In this document: piece after piece, positions 51,630-53,050 of the stretch
Position numbering within the stretch: position 1 is the stretch's first letter
Layout: each line of letters starts with the position of its first letter
DNA from: a virus
Taxonomy: Duplodnaviria; Caudoviricetes
DNA: 53,050 nt
Strand: one strand, 5' to 3'
IMG/VR virus record: IMGVR_UViG_3300037537_000966
Span: 1-53,050 of that record
Translations under genes and position numbers: made by a program
Notes under the pieces: generated by a model
Told to the model about the DNA's origin: nothing
Database searches by the model: none
Seen by the model: only the letters and a program-made list of their open reading frames with translations

Positions 51630-53050
51630 ATGGCGGTTAAAAGGTATGTTGGAGATAAGCTAGTAGGCTTAGATAGCCAAAAAGATGGTGTCTTACATAC
51701 CGTATCTGACGGCGCAAACTTTTACGCTACCGACTCACCTTACAAAGTATACATAAAAGAAAACGGTGTTTGGCAGGAAATAAGTGGGGGTAGTGGTAGC
51801 GGTACTTCTGGTTCTTCTGGTTCATCAGGCACTTCGGGTTCGTCTGGAGGAGATGGGAGTTCTGGTACTGCCGGTTCGTCTGGTTCGTCGGGTACTGCGG
51901 GTTCGTCTGGAGTAAGTTCCGGTGCTGGTACTTCTGGTTCTTCTGGTTCATCAGGCACTTCGGGTTCGTCTGGAGGAGATGGGAGTTCTGGTACTGCCGG
52001 TTCGTCTGGTTCGTCTGGTACCTCTGGTTCGTCTGGCACCTCTGGCTCATCTGGCTCATCTGGCACCTCTGGCTCATCTGGTGAAGATGGAAGTTCGGGT
52101 ACTTCGGGTTCCTCTGGTTCGTCTGGTACCTCTGGTTCGTCTGGGACCTCTGGCTCATCTGGTGAAGATGGAAGTTCAGGTACATCTGGCTCATCTGGTG
52201 ATGACGGTGTAGATGGTACATCTGGTTCATCTGGTTCGTCTGGTACTTCTGGCTCATCTGGCTCATCTGGTACGTCTGGCTCATCTGGTCAAGATGGAAG
52301 TTCAGGTACTTCGGGTTCATCTGGTTCGTCTGGTACTGCTGGCTCATCTGGTGAAGATGGGTCATCTGGCTCATCTGGTACTTCTGGCTCATCTGGTACA
52401 TCTGGTTCCTCTGGTTCGTCTGGGACCTCTGGTTCCTCTGGTTCGTCTGGGACCTCTGGTTCCTCTGGTTCGTCTGGTACATCTGGTTCCTCTGGTTCGT
52501 CTGGTACATCTGGTTCCTCTGGTTCGTCTGGGACCTCTGGTTCCTCTGGTTCGTCTGGTACGTCTGGCTCATCTGGTGAAGATGGAAGTTCGGGTACATC
52601 TGGCTCATCTGGTTCGTCGGGTACTGCGGGTTCGTCTGGAGTAAGTTCTGGTGCTGGTACTTCAGGTTCCTCTGGTTCGTCTGGTACCTCTGGTTCGTCT
52701 GGCACCTCTGGCTCATCTGGCTCATCTGGCACCTCTGGCTCATCTGGTGAAGATGGAAGTTCGGGTACTTCGGGTTCCTCTGGTTCGTCTGGTACCTCTG
52801 GTTCATCAGGCACTTCGGGTTCGTCTGGAGGAGATGGGAGTTCTGGTACTGCCGGTTCGTCTGGTTCGTCGGGTACTGCGGGTTCGTCTGGAGTAAGTTC
52901 CGGTGCTGGCACTTCAGGTTCGTCTGGTTCGTCTGGTACCTCTGGCTCATCTGGCTCATCTGGTGTAGATGGTACTTCTGGCTCATCTGGCTCATCTGGT
53001 GTAAATGGTAATCAAGGTAACCAAGGTAATCAAGGTAACCAAGGTAATGT
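51630..53050 (+). CDS. collagen-like Gly-Ser/Thr repeat protein (partial, runs off the window)
   Basis: ATG 51630 after GTGTAA; MAVKRYVGDKLVGLDSQ...GVWQEISGG then about 400 residues of G-S-S/G-T-S triplets, switching to G-N-Q; no stop, so absent from the ORF track. Confidence 0.9.
   Translation, partial: MAVKRYVGDKLVGLDSQKDGVLHTVSDGANFYATDSPYKVYIKENGVWQEISGGSGSGTSGSSGSSGTSGSSGGDGSSGTAGSSGSSGTAGSSGVSSGAGTSGSSGSSGTSGSSGGDGSSGTAGSSGSSGTSGSSGTSGSSGSSGTSGSSGEDGSSGTSGSSGSSGTSGSSGTSGSSGEDGSSGTSGSSGDDGVDGTSGSSGSSGTSGSSGSSGTSGSSGQDGSSGTSGSSGSSGTAGSSGEDGSSGSSGTSGSSGTSGSSGSSGTSGSSGSSGTSGSSGSSGTSGSSGSSGTSGSSGSSGTSGSSGSSGTSGSSGEDGSSGTSGSSGSSGTAGSSGVSSGAGTSGSSGSSGTSGSSGTSGSSGSSGTSGSSGEDGSSGTSGSSGSSGTSGSSGTSGSSGGDGSSGTAGSSGSSGTAGSSGVSSGAGTSGSSGSSGTSGSSGSSGVDGTSGSSGSSGVNGNQGNQGNQGNQGN
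51801..53050. repeat. 9-nt-period coding repeat with longer block duplications
   Basis: GGTTCGTCT/GGCTCATCT units; block at 51801 recurs at 51927 and near 52800. Confidence 0.9.

Noticed and set aside
51727-52995. Long minus-strand ORFs (QMSQ and PDEPE repeats) and plus-strand LVRL ORFs
   Set aside because: Shadow frames of the Gly-Ser repeat; the real frame starts at ATG 51630 with a non-repetitive head and late motif
1-53050. Alternative genetic code or host chromosomal DNA
   Set aside because: Long conserved genes are intact under the standard bacterial code and all three stops are used; metabolic genes are interleaved with phage head genes and no housekeeping operon or integrase is present

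Overview
This 53 kb window is a segment of a large tailed dsDNA phage (Caudoviricetes), probably aquatic. A Verrucomicrobiota/PVC-type host is inferred, not shown. It has three zones. (1) 1-15.8 kb is an early/accessory region of many short genes, driven by about 24 near-consensus sigma70 promoters in two convergent arms that meet near 10.2-10.5 kb. It holds a RuvB-like ATPase, DUF932, Gp88-like, an Ogg2-like glycosylase, a SleB-like hydrolase, tRNA-Cys and an uncalled ArfA-like peptide. Nine copies of a 74-76 bp double-palindrome element punctuate it; most sit at the 3' end of one expression unit and just ahead of the next promoter. It also has a shared translated leaderless start (GTG-AGT-GAG-AGA, MSER), a duplicated three-way-junction RNA motif and other structured non-coding segments. 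(2) 16-30.6 kb has a glycan-modification cluster, an outer-membrane barrel, small membrane proteins (including two divergent mini-MscS paralogs), PhoH, a sigma-like factor and an ERCC4 nuclease. (3) 30.6-53 kb has the terminase, portal, a tubulin/FtsZ-family GTPase inside the head module, protease-scaffold, decoration protein, major capsid and LamG-type virion proteins. A second glycosylation cluster with a TibC/AAH-like protein O-heptosyltransferase domain follows, next to an uncalled Gly-Ser collagen-like ORF that runs off the window. Late genes share an upstream GTGTAA motif. All calls come from motif recognition by eye; no searches were run.
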